From Ramazzottius varieornatus (lineage: Eukaryota > Animalia > Tardigrada): DNA of 64,000 nt. Below, one piece after another: positions 43,584-55,500 of this stretch. Within the stretch, counting starts at the first letter, position 1. Every line of letters begins with the position of its first letter. Location: NCBI GenBank assembly GCA_001949185.1, contig BDGG01000011.1, positions 1,137,552-1,201,551 on the forward strand, written 5' to 3'. The translations under genes were made by a program, and so were the position numbers. The notes beneath the pieces are model-generated. The model made no database searches. It saw only the letters and a list, made by a program, of their open reading frames with translations, and had not been told where the DNA came from.

Positions 43584-45090
43584 TACATAATGATGACGCA
43601 TCGCATGTCGTCCCTCCTCGGGCTGGCTTTTTGTTCATGGGTAGTCAGGCTCTGCAACAACTACGACACGGTTGTTACGTGAACTTCCATTTTCCTAAGT
43701 AACCGCAACAACCCACTCGACACTCTGGAACTCCACAAACTCACACCAATATTTAGTACCAGTTCTGACTTATCTGTCGACTTATCGATGGCAGCGACTT
43801 ACCTATCAGCCGGCGTGTTTGGTCCGAAAGATTCACCCGCTGTTTTCACCACGGATCCTATCACGGTCCAATTGATCGATGTTACAGTAATTGATACTGG
43901 CGATGGTGACCGAGCTGCGACTATGACCTTATGGGACGGTGTCCGTGAAGTTGGTTATAACTGAAACACCATCAGATCTTTCGGCGAATATGCCCTTATT
44001 CCAACTCTAGATAATCGAACTTCGAAAAGTTGACTTCAGCTCCGCAGAGCAACACCAGTATAGTGCAACCATTCCCTTACAAACTCAAGTCCGACAACAC
44101 ACAACCGTGGACACACCTCTGACGTTCTACACCTTTGAACCTTGAAAACTTTGCTCGACCACCCCAGTACACAACCACTCAGTAGGATTTCCAGCTGATC
44201 AGCTTCCATATTTCCAGACATCATTCTAGTCGTCCTTGAAGTCAGACGCACGCAGAAAGAAGTTACCATGTCTGTAGTCGATAACACCACTCAGCAGCAG
44301 TTCAACCTTAAAGTACAAACGTCATGGTACGTGTACGCCGGTATTCACACCGTACCATGTTTCAAATTCTCTGTTCCAGGTCAACTCGATTTCCCCTGAC
44401 ATGTCTTCAAAGGTGTACATGTTTTTGCATGTCCTGGAATTGCAAGGAAACCTCCTCGAACTGCAACATCAACATAGCTTCTTTTTCGTCAGTACCAGCG
44501 AACAGTCACAAGCAATCCGGAAATACGGTGTCTCCCTCAACGTCCTTCCGCTGTGTGAGCTTTACCGAAGTTTGCCAACGCCAGGTACGACCAAGTTTTT
44601 CACCACGAAACCCAAGAACTAAACGGCACCTGTAGCTACAATTAGCTCGTCTGAGGAAACTCCGAGTCCCTCACCCTCCACTTCACCAGTCAGACCGACA
44701 CCGACAAAAACACGACAGACCCTTCTTGACTCCAGCGACGAAGACCAGGCGAGCGAACAACCGCCCATCACCCCAAAGAATACTTCTCACGCCAAAAAAA
44801 CAAGAAATCCATGACTTAGACCAGCCTTTGAGACCGAGAAACGAAACAAAACAGCGTACCATTCCAAGCTCCAAACGAGAAAGTGGAACTTTCCATCCCG
44901 AAGAACTTTTACATATGCCCTGTGACTTAGAACGTGTTTAGTATATTGTCCTTCACATTAACCTCTTCCTACCGATATGTTCTTCAAAAACCATTCCATA
45001 TACCGTCCCTTAAATGCACGTAAACTTTCCAAAACTACCTCGCATCCCTGAACTTAGATTGCGAGCCGAAAGCGAGCAGTGTCTTGTGCA

Positions 45091-47362
45091 CGGTGAAGGG
45101 AAAGTTTGGCGCAGTAAAAAGTTTGGATCGGACCGTTTCGCTAAGGCGGCACGGACAGGTGCTTTTTGCTGCATGTAGAAAATAGCATACGTACGTATGC
45201 TATTTAAGAAAATAGCTTACTGCCGTACGTACGTGATGGGTTTTGGAACGAGCGGCTAGAAGCGTGACGCTTTTACTGGCTTCTTTTGTCCGAACGAGCA
45301 CACCTTAAACACATACATAAACGCGACTCCAGAAATGAAACCTCCAATCACGGTGAAAATCAGAAACCAAAATCGCCACCGCAAACATGGTATCTACTGC
45401 ACTTTCTTCGACCTAACTCGTTTCTTTGGTGGAGCTGGTACGAGCGCACCCAGATCGGCAGGCACCAGAAGGCAGGCGGAAGGTTCCACAGGTGGGTGCT
45501 CTTTCCTCTTGCGACTCTTTTCAGGCTTCGACTGCGGTTTAATGGATATCCGCATCGGGAACGCTGGCAGCTGGCGAAGGTCCGTGAGCTGTCTCCGTTT
45601 GTTTCTTCCCTCCACGACTCTTCGGTGTAGTTCTACCCGGCTCCTTCAGCAATTTCAGACGGTGCTTAATCACCTCCATATACTCACTGTTGAGCATATT
45701 TCTGCCTGCTTCGAGCGCTATCCGTGCATCTTTCGCTTTTCGCTTTTTTTCGGCTTAGAAAGAGAAACCTTGCCTGCTGCAAACAGAACCGTGTCCGCAA
45801 CGCTCTTGTAACCCAACCGGATGAAAACCACTCTTTAATGACGCTTCGAACTCGAAAGAGAATATGCTGGCTCCTGGAGTGCACAGCTCTTCCAAATGTC
45901 CAGGAAAACTGTTCCGTGTTACCTGAGTGTTAAAATCAACGAACTAGAAAGCTTGATCTCAAGTTATTCTTACAAAAAAAAACTAGTCTTACTTCAAACT
46001 GCGGGTTGATAGGATGGAAAGACTTGTAAGCCGTCCATTTCGACTTCATGGTTCCAAATGGGCAGCTGTCTAACGGCTTGGATAGTTCGTGACGTGACTA
46101 TAATGACCATCCATAAATACGACACACTGCAAAAGCCACCTATAAGTAGGAGAAAAATTGTGATGCACGGAGATATCAATAAGTTTATGAGCAGAGCGTA
46201 ACGTACTTTGTCGGGAGAGTCAGGCAGCACTTCCTGCCGGAAGTAGTCCGTCAGCACCTTTTGATCCATTATGCCTGACCGATTGACTGCGACATAGAGC
46301 TTGTCCTTGGTATTATCGTTCATGCTGCCCAAAAGCATCACTCTGTCGAACAGGACTAAAGGCTTAAACAACAGGCCAGCCGCGTTTCCACAGGCCAGCC
46401 GCGTTTCCACAGGACAGCATGGTTACCTGATCTCCTGTCGAACCTTCTGTGTATGAAACCACATGTTTGTTTCCTTTTTATGCATAGGCTCTTTCCCTTT
46501 CAAAACCGAGAATGAATCCAGATTCGTCCAGATTGATAATTCCTTCGGGACTCGAAAGATAGCTTTGCTCTTCCAGTTCGCTGAGGAACCTGATCCACGA
46601 TTCCGCGCCTTCGATGGTCCAATCTCGTGCCTTCTACCTGTCAGCGTCCGAAGCTAGACGAAGGGAGATTTCTTTCTGCTCTTGGAGGAATCGTCGATGC
46701 CAGTCATCACTGAAAGCTATCCCGATACCTGTTAAAGATCAGCATTCACAATTAACGACGTACAACGTTGGAATGCGAAAGTTATTCTACCTTTCGCAAT
46801 GCCCATTTCGTCCACGAAAATACGCAGCCGAATTTTGTTGAGAGGAAATCAAGTATTTCCGAATTTCTTTAGCTGATCAACCAGCAGTCTTTCCTCCGTA
46901 GCGTTCAGCTGTCTTCCCCGACCCATCCTACGTGCTTTCGTATCTTGCAGATGGCAGTAGATTGTGCGGGGAGGAACGTTGTAGAGACGAGCAGCTTCAC
47001 GATGTGCAGTACCATTCTCGACAGCGGAAAGCGCTCTTTTCAGGTCTTCCTCGCTGTACCGTCGAGGCCTCTTGGTTTTAAACTGTTGAGACATACTCGA
47101 AAAGCTAGCCAAAATGGAAGTATGAACACCGGCTGATTTCTCGACACGAAAACAAACGACAAACTTACGGGATCCATTCAAAAGACTAAAAAATAATACA
47201 TTACACTGTACCAATGTTTACGGTAGTTTCCACTGCGGTTAAAATCTACTACGTTACGTCATACAGTTGATTTGTCTTTTGCTTGCATATAAAATCTAAA
47301 TTTGCCGTCTTTTACAGTACGCCTGATCCAAACTTTTTACTGCGCCGAACTTTCCCTTCGCG
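45091..47362 (-). mobile_element. Decayed full-length pogo/Tigger-like DNA transposon (transposase pseudogene)
   Basis: TIRs GAAGGGAAAGTTTGGCGCAGTAAAAAGTTTGGATC / GATCCAAACTTTTTACTGCGCCGAACTTTCCCTTC. HTH_psq RRYSEEDLKRALSAVENGTAHREAARLYNVPPRTI and DDE_1-like CGNAAG..KPLVLF, SGIMD...DYF, MDGHYSH. In-frame stop at 46849 and a 19-bp tandem duplication at approx. 46371-46410 that shifts the frame. Confidence 0.85.
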
Positions 47363-47699
47363 TAAGTATACAATATCCTAACTGCACCTTCATCATAACC
47401 ACTTTAGTTAATGCAAAAGATGGTCAGTGCATGTCCGTAGCGAGTAAGCCTTCGAATTGTTTACACCTGTCACTCAATTCTGCAATGGCATAATAGTCCA
47501 ACTGCGACTTCCAACTGCGACACTCGAAGTCCTACAGCCTACACGTGTTTTGTAAAAGAAATGCCCAGTAACTCTTAGTCCACTTCCTACTGCTTCTCTT
47601 ACAGTTGACCATCGACTGCTTCCCTGAGTTTCTTGTTGAAAACTACTATTCAACATGCAGAGTTTCAGGAGGCATAAAATAACGAAAGTCAGTAGATCC

Positions 47700-47960
47700 C
47701 GTTGGGCATTCCGCTTCGCCTCCTCACATTCTGCATTACAGAGTTACTGAGCAACCTCATCAACCAAAGTATTCGCAAGAGCGATTATCTCGACCTTTTC
47801 AAGACGTTAGCCTTCCTACCAATACTACCCAATGTGCCTCAGCGCGACTCTTTCCAAAGTGGTGGAGAAAGTCGTCCAAAGCCAGCCGGCACATCAGCTG
47901 AAGGAGTTGTCTCCTCTCCCCGACACGAAGCGTCACTTGTAAAGGTGATGGAGAACAGAG
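47700..47960 (+). mobile_element. Second LINE RT relic, homologous to 28910-29520
   Basis: Shares aacctcatcaaccaaa..cgcaag, ctttccaaagtggt.gagaaagtcgtc and cacttgt.aaggtg.tggag with the first copy. Confidence 0.65.
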
Positions 47961-48238
47961 GCAAACATTTGATAAGCAGCAACTAAGTACTAACTTAGAC
48001 TGACAGGGCTAAAACTGGAGAGAGCTCGAGCTTACTACGCTTTTTCAGTGCCATATGAAACTCAAAAAAGCCGGAAGATTGAAGAGACTGTGCACGTGGG
48101 AACTGTGGTAAACTGGAGGCAGTAAACAGTATGGAGTATAAAGTATGGAGTTTGCCCTTGGGGTCCGAAAACTTTATAATGCTCTGCTGAGCAATTTGGT
48201 CAGACATGCTTTGGACGCATTCTCGTATGGGGATACTC

Positions 48239-48660
48239 ATATTATGGGCCAGTAAAAATTACGGGCCGGGCGGAAAAGACGTCAAATTTACAGTTTGTAT
48301 GGAAGTCAGAAACAGAAATCGGACAAACGACGTAACTCAGTAAAATTCAACCGTCGAAAATTGTCATGGACAGTGGCCATCAGCTGCTCACTGTTTTACT
48401 CTAACGCTACGACGCTGCTGTCGACTGTCTCCTGGAGAAGCCTTGGACTAGCTGGAACAGTTGAAGGTGTGCGTGTTCCGGTAAAATGGAGATCTAACTG
48501 CTATAATAATTATGACAAGCTTTAGCTCTTCGGCCCAGTATCCGGCACGTACGCACAGCAGTGCGGCCTTCGATGCTGGTTTTTACTTGTAGCAAGAACA
48601 ACCTGCCCGTGCCGCCGTAGCGAAAAGGCCTGGCCCATAATTTTTACTGGCCCATAATAT
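48239..48660. mobile_element. Non-autonomous relative of the adjacent pogo-like element
   Basis: TIR ATATTATGGGCCAGTAAAAATTA.GGGCC at both ends. Subterminal sequences align with both ends of 45091-47362 in opposite orientation. Confidence 0.78.
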
Positions 48661-49554
48661 CTCCTCGCTCGTGCACACCTTTAATCATCGTAATCTGCGT
48701 AATCCACACGATTGTAAAAAGCAATACAGAGATTGAGCTACCACTCCCGATCACTGTCCGACTGTAGTAACGGCTTGCTCCGCCCCTTTTGCGACCTGTA
48801 ACTACAATTTGCTTTCCGGAGCTCCCGTTATTTTCGGGAGATAGCGTAATCGGATTTACGGTTAACTAGCATTGGGAAGCATGGTGGTTGCCCAAATATT
48901 CAAAGTTGTGACTGATCGCCGCAGTAAACTGGTGGCCCATGTTTGCGTACCGGTCCATCGTTGGGCCAGGTTCGTGTACGAATTTATCTTAAAATGACTC
49001 GCAAAACTGTTCTTTTAGTTTGCTCGAATGATTTCACTTCACTCCCTCGGTAAGTAATATTAATAAGTAAGTCCATTTTAGGAAGTCCATACCTGTCACT
49101 CGTCGAGTTTGCAAAGTAGTACTAGTCCATCTGCGTATGGGAATCGCTATCTGGATGTAGTAGAAGGTCATAATGCCGTTGGTCTCGGTATATACAGTAT
49201 TTGCAACTTTCGCTGCACTGCGCCTTTCCTCGTTCTTGTACCGTCAAAAATGATATACAGCCGCAGAACCGTCGTACAGATTCCGTAAAGCGGGTTGTGA
49301 AAACAGACAGCTGTGAGCCGGAAGTCTATTGACGTTCTCGTTTCTTACTTCTCTGCCAAGAAACTTCTGGCGCTTTGGGTTTCTTATCTGCTTTGAAAGA
49401 GGAGACATACTCCTATCAAACCGTTGATTTCGGCATTTGACCCGCTATGCGTTCACCTTAATTTGTATCGTACCATGTTCTCCTTCTGACGGTTTGGCTA
49501 ACCCGATGCCGTACGCGCGTATACTGCATCCTGCGCAAATGTGATACTCTCAAC

Positions 49555-52500
49555 ATGTCGTACCGTTCCAGCCGGCGTTCAGATTACGTGAGTCAACAAA
49601 ACACTATAAGAATACACGTTGATGGCGTTTCACTTCCGCGTTCCTAATTTGTTCCTCGGCTTTCTCAGGGAATGAGAAGACTAGTTGTCTGTCTTATTTG
49701 CATATTCAAAATGACTAACCGTAGAGATTTCACGTGTCGATCCGTGATGAAAACACGGACCTTCAACTGATACAAACCGTACTTTGTCTTACTGGGTAAA
49801 GTTTCGTGAATGTTCCCTTATTCTAAACTTTCATTACTCACTGTTTAGCTTGGCACCGGATCAAGTGGATCATCTGACTACCACTCACCATCATCCCTCT
49901 CCCGCCGCTATTCTGCCGTAAGTCCAACTTATTTGAATAACTTGGTGGTCCTATCACTCAATAAACGCCTTCTGTTCAGCTGCACAACAGCAAGGGACAA
50001 ACAGTGTGTCGAAGGGCCGAATGCCGCTGCTTATTGCCGCGGTCCCATTGAGCTTCTGTCTCAAAATAATATCAGCCAATTCAGTTCAAAATATCAGTTC
50101 AGTGTTAACGGAGAAAAATTGGAGCTTGGGCCAAATTGCATGGCTGTGATGTAACATGCTAAATGTCATGGTAATGCACTCTTGGTATGTATGTGCGCTG
50201 TTTTTTTATCGAGAAAGGACAGAAAGCAACGCAGAGCTTGAATAAGCATATCTTCGGCCACATTGGAGAAACCTTGCAAATGGCAATAGGACGCAGCGTC
50301 GCACGGCGTAAAGTTATCAGATCGCGGCACAGCAACCTTTCCCCTACTTGAGGCCTATTTTTAGCTCCCTGCTCCGCGCGCAAATGCAAAGCAGACTGAC
50401 GGAGAGAAAACTCCTCGAAGCTGCCGAATCATTCATACAGCGTCTTCGAGCCATCAAAAAACTTTACTCTCGACGTGCGTTACTGAAGCGTGTCTCATCA
50501 CCGAGTATTTTCGACAGCAGTGCACATTGCATAGCGTCAGGCTCGTTGATCACACTTGGCTCTTCTAACGGTTGCCTCATCAGATCGCAACGCTAACGAC
50601 GTATTCTCTGGCAGGAATCGCCAAAATTCCCCGGCGTTAAGAGAAGGGAATCTATTTGTACACAATATCGACTGTCTCCCGACCACAATCGATTGTTGCT
50701 GTTGATTGCTCGATTGAAGTCTAACGTCAATTTCTGGACTTTTCCAACAGGGACGATCTTCCAGTCATCACTCGCCCTACCTTCCTCCCACGTTGGACTA
50801 CACTTCCTCGCAGCGGCTAACGTCAAGCGGTTATCCACGAGCGCCATCATACGATACCCACGCTGATCCTTCGCAGCGCAGAAGCAGCTACACTTCCACC
50901 AGCACTCTTGACAGTTTGACGCCGTCTCGTTATCGTAGCGCCAGCAACCATCGTAATTCCACCGACGTACTGTATCATAGTCCGCGCTCGGCGTATGGCG
51001 TAGGCAGTGGAAGTAATCTGGCTGTTTATGATGCCAATCGGCCTTCGACGTCACGTGCCCAGTCGCGTCCCAGTCCCACTACAGACACAACAACCGTCAG
51101 CAGACACCATTCGCCGTCGCCCACAATGGACAGTCCGGACAGTACTAGTGGACTATCAGCTCCCGTCAGAGACTCACCTTACCGCAGACTACGAAGTCGC
51201 GAGGACTCGGGTTCGGCAAAACCCTCCTCTGTTGTTTCTGATACGCTACAAGGAGACGCAATAAATTCGTCTGACCGCGATGTTCCCTCACAAGGTACGG
51301 CATACTACAGTACTTTACGTCCGTAGCGCCTTGGGATTATAGCGCATTTGTTTTGCCTAAAATCGCTTTTCTTAATTCTTTTCAATCACAGCATGACCAT
51401 TCACCTATAGGATGTTTGCAGTATGAAAATCCGAGTTGCAAGCTCGAGACATATTTTAAGTTAATGGTAACTGACGGTAATAAAAACATTCATGTGCTTG
51501 TAAAGCAAAGTTAAGCTCAAAGAGCGGCAGTTGTACCTTTCAGTGCCTATGAGTGGCTGGCCTGGTCCTGGGATTAATGATCAAGGCCAGTGTGTTTCCA
51601 TCTCTACAGGTACCGAACAACGTTCTCAACAAACAGTGCCAGACGCGGGCTCTGCCAACAACCACTCCGTAAAGACCGATCGTAACACCGACGTTGACGA
51701 GAGCATATCCAAGGTTTCGCAGTGGCAGAAAAGCCTCGAGAGTGAACAACCCGAACAGCCGGTACCGACGCCCATCCCACCAGAGTTGCCCGCGCCTTCC
51801 ATCAAAATCTCCACTGTCGAAGGCGACTCCGACAATGAGGAAGCTTTCTTCTCGACGAAAGATAACCTTGAAAATTCAACCAGGAAGTCGACTGGAGGTC
51901 CCATCAGTTTTCTCAAAGCTGACAAGGAAGAGGGCATTGATAGTCTGTCGTACCGCACACCCGACGCCAGTGGTCGTACTTCGTCCTTGGCTGATGTCGA
52001 TGATCAGAACCTGGAGACTGATGAGGAAGCCGGTGTGCTGCGCACACCTAGCCCGGTGGACGAGGTCGCCAAAGTGTCGGCTGGAAAGCCGCCGCTACCT
52101 AGACCACGCGGCCTATCTTTCCTGCCTCGAAGTGATAGTCGTGAGGACAGAAGTAACGGAAACACCAGCCCAAAAACAGCCAATCGGTAACCAATAATTT
52201 CAACAAAATTACATCTGGATTTTGCAGAATCTGTTCCGTAAAATATTTTAACCTGAAGTTTAAACCACCCCCCCCCCCCCCAGTACCTCAGAAATCATTC
52301 TCCGGACAAACTACACGATGAATACATTGAAAATAGGACGTGGGCAAATGAACTACACCAGTTGTTTATTTGATGTTGCGAACATATTTAGTGTCATTAA
52401 CTGGACGTGTGTGCCCCTTGGAAAAACGATGTGGAACAGACCATTTTCTCACGTTCCGAATACCGAGAATATCAACCGATTTCTAAATTTGCTGAAGACT

Positions 52501-55500
52501 ATCGTAGGATGTAAGGGTGCACCGTTTGTGTCATGAATTATCAATACTTTTGCCCTGTAGGTACTCCTCGTTTCAAGATTTGCGCAACTTCGACGGCTTC
52601 AACGACGAGCCGGAACAGAAGCGTCGCATGTCCGATGCGGGTTACGAAAAGCGTCACATCAGTTTCCTACCGCGTGGGGAGGACGAAGAGCAGCAGACAA
52701 CAGCAGCTGTCGCCGACACCAACAACAAAGTACGGACAGCAGCTGACTCGGATCGGGATTCCATTGGGGAAAGTGTCAGATCCAAGCATCGGTCGTCGAC
52801 CAGCGAAGAAGGTCGCGAGATGGACTTTGTGTCGGATAGTGGGTTACCCGATTCGGACTTTGGTGAAACAGTCCGCGGCTCGAGTTCCGAGGAAGAACTA
52901 GCCAGCACGCCCCCTTCGAATTACTTGAGCCAGAAACGACGAGGAAGTGAAGACGAGTCGTCCAAGACCTTGTCGAAAGGCAAAAGCGACGAGGACACTG
53001 TCCACGAAGCGTCTGCCAAGGAGGAAGATGACGACGAGAACGAGACAATGATGAACTGGTCGCCCATCTTCGAACGGAAACCTTTACCCGCTCGGCGCTT
53101 TTCCAACGAAGGCTTGTTTGACGATGACGAAGCAGGGGCAAAACCAACGGGTTTCATCAGTTTCCTCAAACGATCAAACTCGTTGGGAGACACGAAAAAC
53201 GAGGCTGAGAATGATCATGACAAAATTACTAGAAATGTGCAGAATTACAAGAAACAGCGCCTGCGCACTTCCAGCTTTGACTTTTCGGCCTTCGACAACG
53301 AAGACACTGTGCCGGTAAAGGAAGAACCGGCTGATAATTCTAAAGACGATATCGAGATGGAAGACGTAGCCAAAAAGTCTGTAACATCGCCTATTGACAC
53401 TCCGTTCTTCAGCTTTCTCAACTTTGGAAGAAAAGACACTGACAAGGAAATTGAGAAAATGGAAACTGACGACAACGATCGCGATGGTAGGTCGCAGACT
53501 AATCTTTCTAATTTTACCGTAAAAAGTGAAAACGTATGTTTTTATGCTGTATTTATCCGTAACGCACTCACTTTGATAGAAACGCAATCAGCTGCAGGGT
53601 TGAAGAAAGTACCTTCGGAGGATTTCTGGGCCGAAATCGGCAACGGTGACGTAGAGACGATCAAGCTGAAACGTCAAGAAAGCAACCAGTCGGTTGACTT
53701 CTGGAGTGAGATTCCCACTGGCGATGACCATGTCGTTCCAAAGAAACCCACAGCTGCAAAAGAGGAAGACGCACAGTCTCTCGACGTTTGGTCTGAACTG
53801 GGCAAAGGCCAGTCGAAGCCTCAGAGCACGCTTCAGGAGAAATCATCACCGGTCAGTGAAGAATCGCCAGATTTCTGGCGAGAAAGGAACACGGAAGAAA
53901 GTACCAGCACCGTCAAACGAGCAAAAATTGACGACAATGAATTCAACGGCTTCTGGGCAGATGTCGAAGCTGACAATGAAGCCAAGTCACCTGTCATCGA
54001 AGTGAAGGAGGAAGTGGAGGATATTTGGGCCGGCAGACCCAGTACGCCCCCTCCACGAAACCTCTCGCCATTTGCCGAGACCTCCAGCTCGCGTCAACCT
54101 GAGGTAGAGAAGCAAGACGATGTGGAGGATATTTGGGCTGATAGACCAAGTACACCCCCACCTCGTAGCGTTTCGCCATTCTTTGAAACGCTACAACAGA
54201 ATCGGGAAGACGAAGAGAATAAGTCTCCGGTGCTCGATGTGCAAGAAGACGTGGAGGATATTTGGGCCGATAGACCGAGCACACCACCACCTCGTAACGT
54301 GTCGCCATATCTTGAAACTCTACAACAGAACCGGAAAGACGAGGAGCACAAGTCTCCGGCGGCCGACGCGCAAGAAGACGTGGAGGATATTTGGGCCGAT
54401 AGGCCCAGTACACCTCCGCCACGGAGTATTTCGCCTTACCTGGATACCTCAAGGCGAAGTCAAGAGGAAGAACGAGCTTCCAGATCCCCATCGCCCTATC
54501 CAGGAGGGAAAGCTGCTCGACCCATGACGCTGCCATTGGGCGGATCCAGGCCGGGTAATAGTGAGGCACAGACGGACGAGTCAGCTTCGGAGTCGAAAGG
54601 TAAGTTACCGGTCCGTTCAACTAAAGAATAATATTGATAGTTTGAACGAAGTGGCGAGACGAATGCAATGCCGCGGATCATGATCTCAGGTAGCGCGCGT
54701 CAACATTGGGATTGCCTGAGAGAGTGCGCAACTAGTGTGAATGATCTGGATAAAAACGACCTAGGTGTCAATTTCTTCTGCCGAATTCAGCGGGATGTCG
54801 ACTGGTGTGAGGGATAATCGACAAAGTCTGCTTGCAGGTTCGCCAACATTCGGACACACGGACGCCAAGGAAGAATCGACACGCTCGCCGCCGACACCGA
54901 CCATTCCAGTGCCCAAGCGTCGCCTCTCTTTGCTGCGCCAACGCAGTCAAGATGACCAACTGGGCTCATCGGAGCAGCTCTCTCCGGCACCTCTCAGCTT
55001 TCTACCTCGAACCAACTCATCCGAGAAAGAGCTGGTGGACCTGGCCGACGTTCCATCCACACCCAAATCGCCGTCGCCAAAGAACATGGCTTCACTGCCA
55101 CCGATCATGCGTCGCTCGCCTTCTCCCTCCCCGAAGCGCTCGCGCGGCTCGGTCGATAGCGGTACTACCACGCCACCACGTAGTCCAGGCAGCCGCGGAA
55201 TCAAGTTTTTCCCAAGCGAAGCTGTCTACCCAAAGAAAGACTCACCGACGTCGCCACTCAGTCCCGAGCGATCGCCATCAGTCGAGCGCGCCCAACCCAT
55301 CAGCTTCCTTCGCTCGGATTCCACAGAGGGAAATCCGTCAAGCCCACATCGCAGTCCTTACCGAAGACTACACTCTTCCTCTCCGAACGTTGAACCAGCA
55401 GCCGCCACCACACCATCAGTTGCCCCATTGAGCTTCCTAAAACCCGAAGATCGAGCTCCGGAAGAAAAACCAGCGGTGAAGCCATTGTCTTTTCTGCAAC

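Noticed and set aside
43700-45057. Possible additional LINE remnant
   Set aside because: Only vague RT-like and 3'-end-like fragments, not enough to call by eye.
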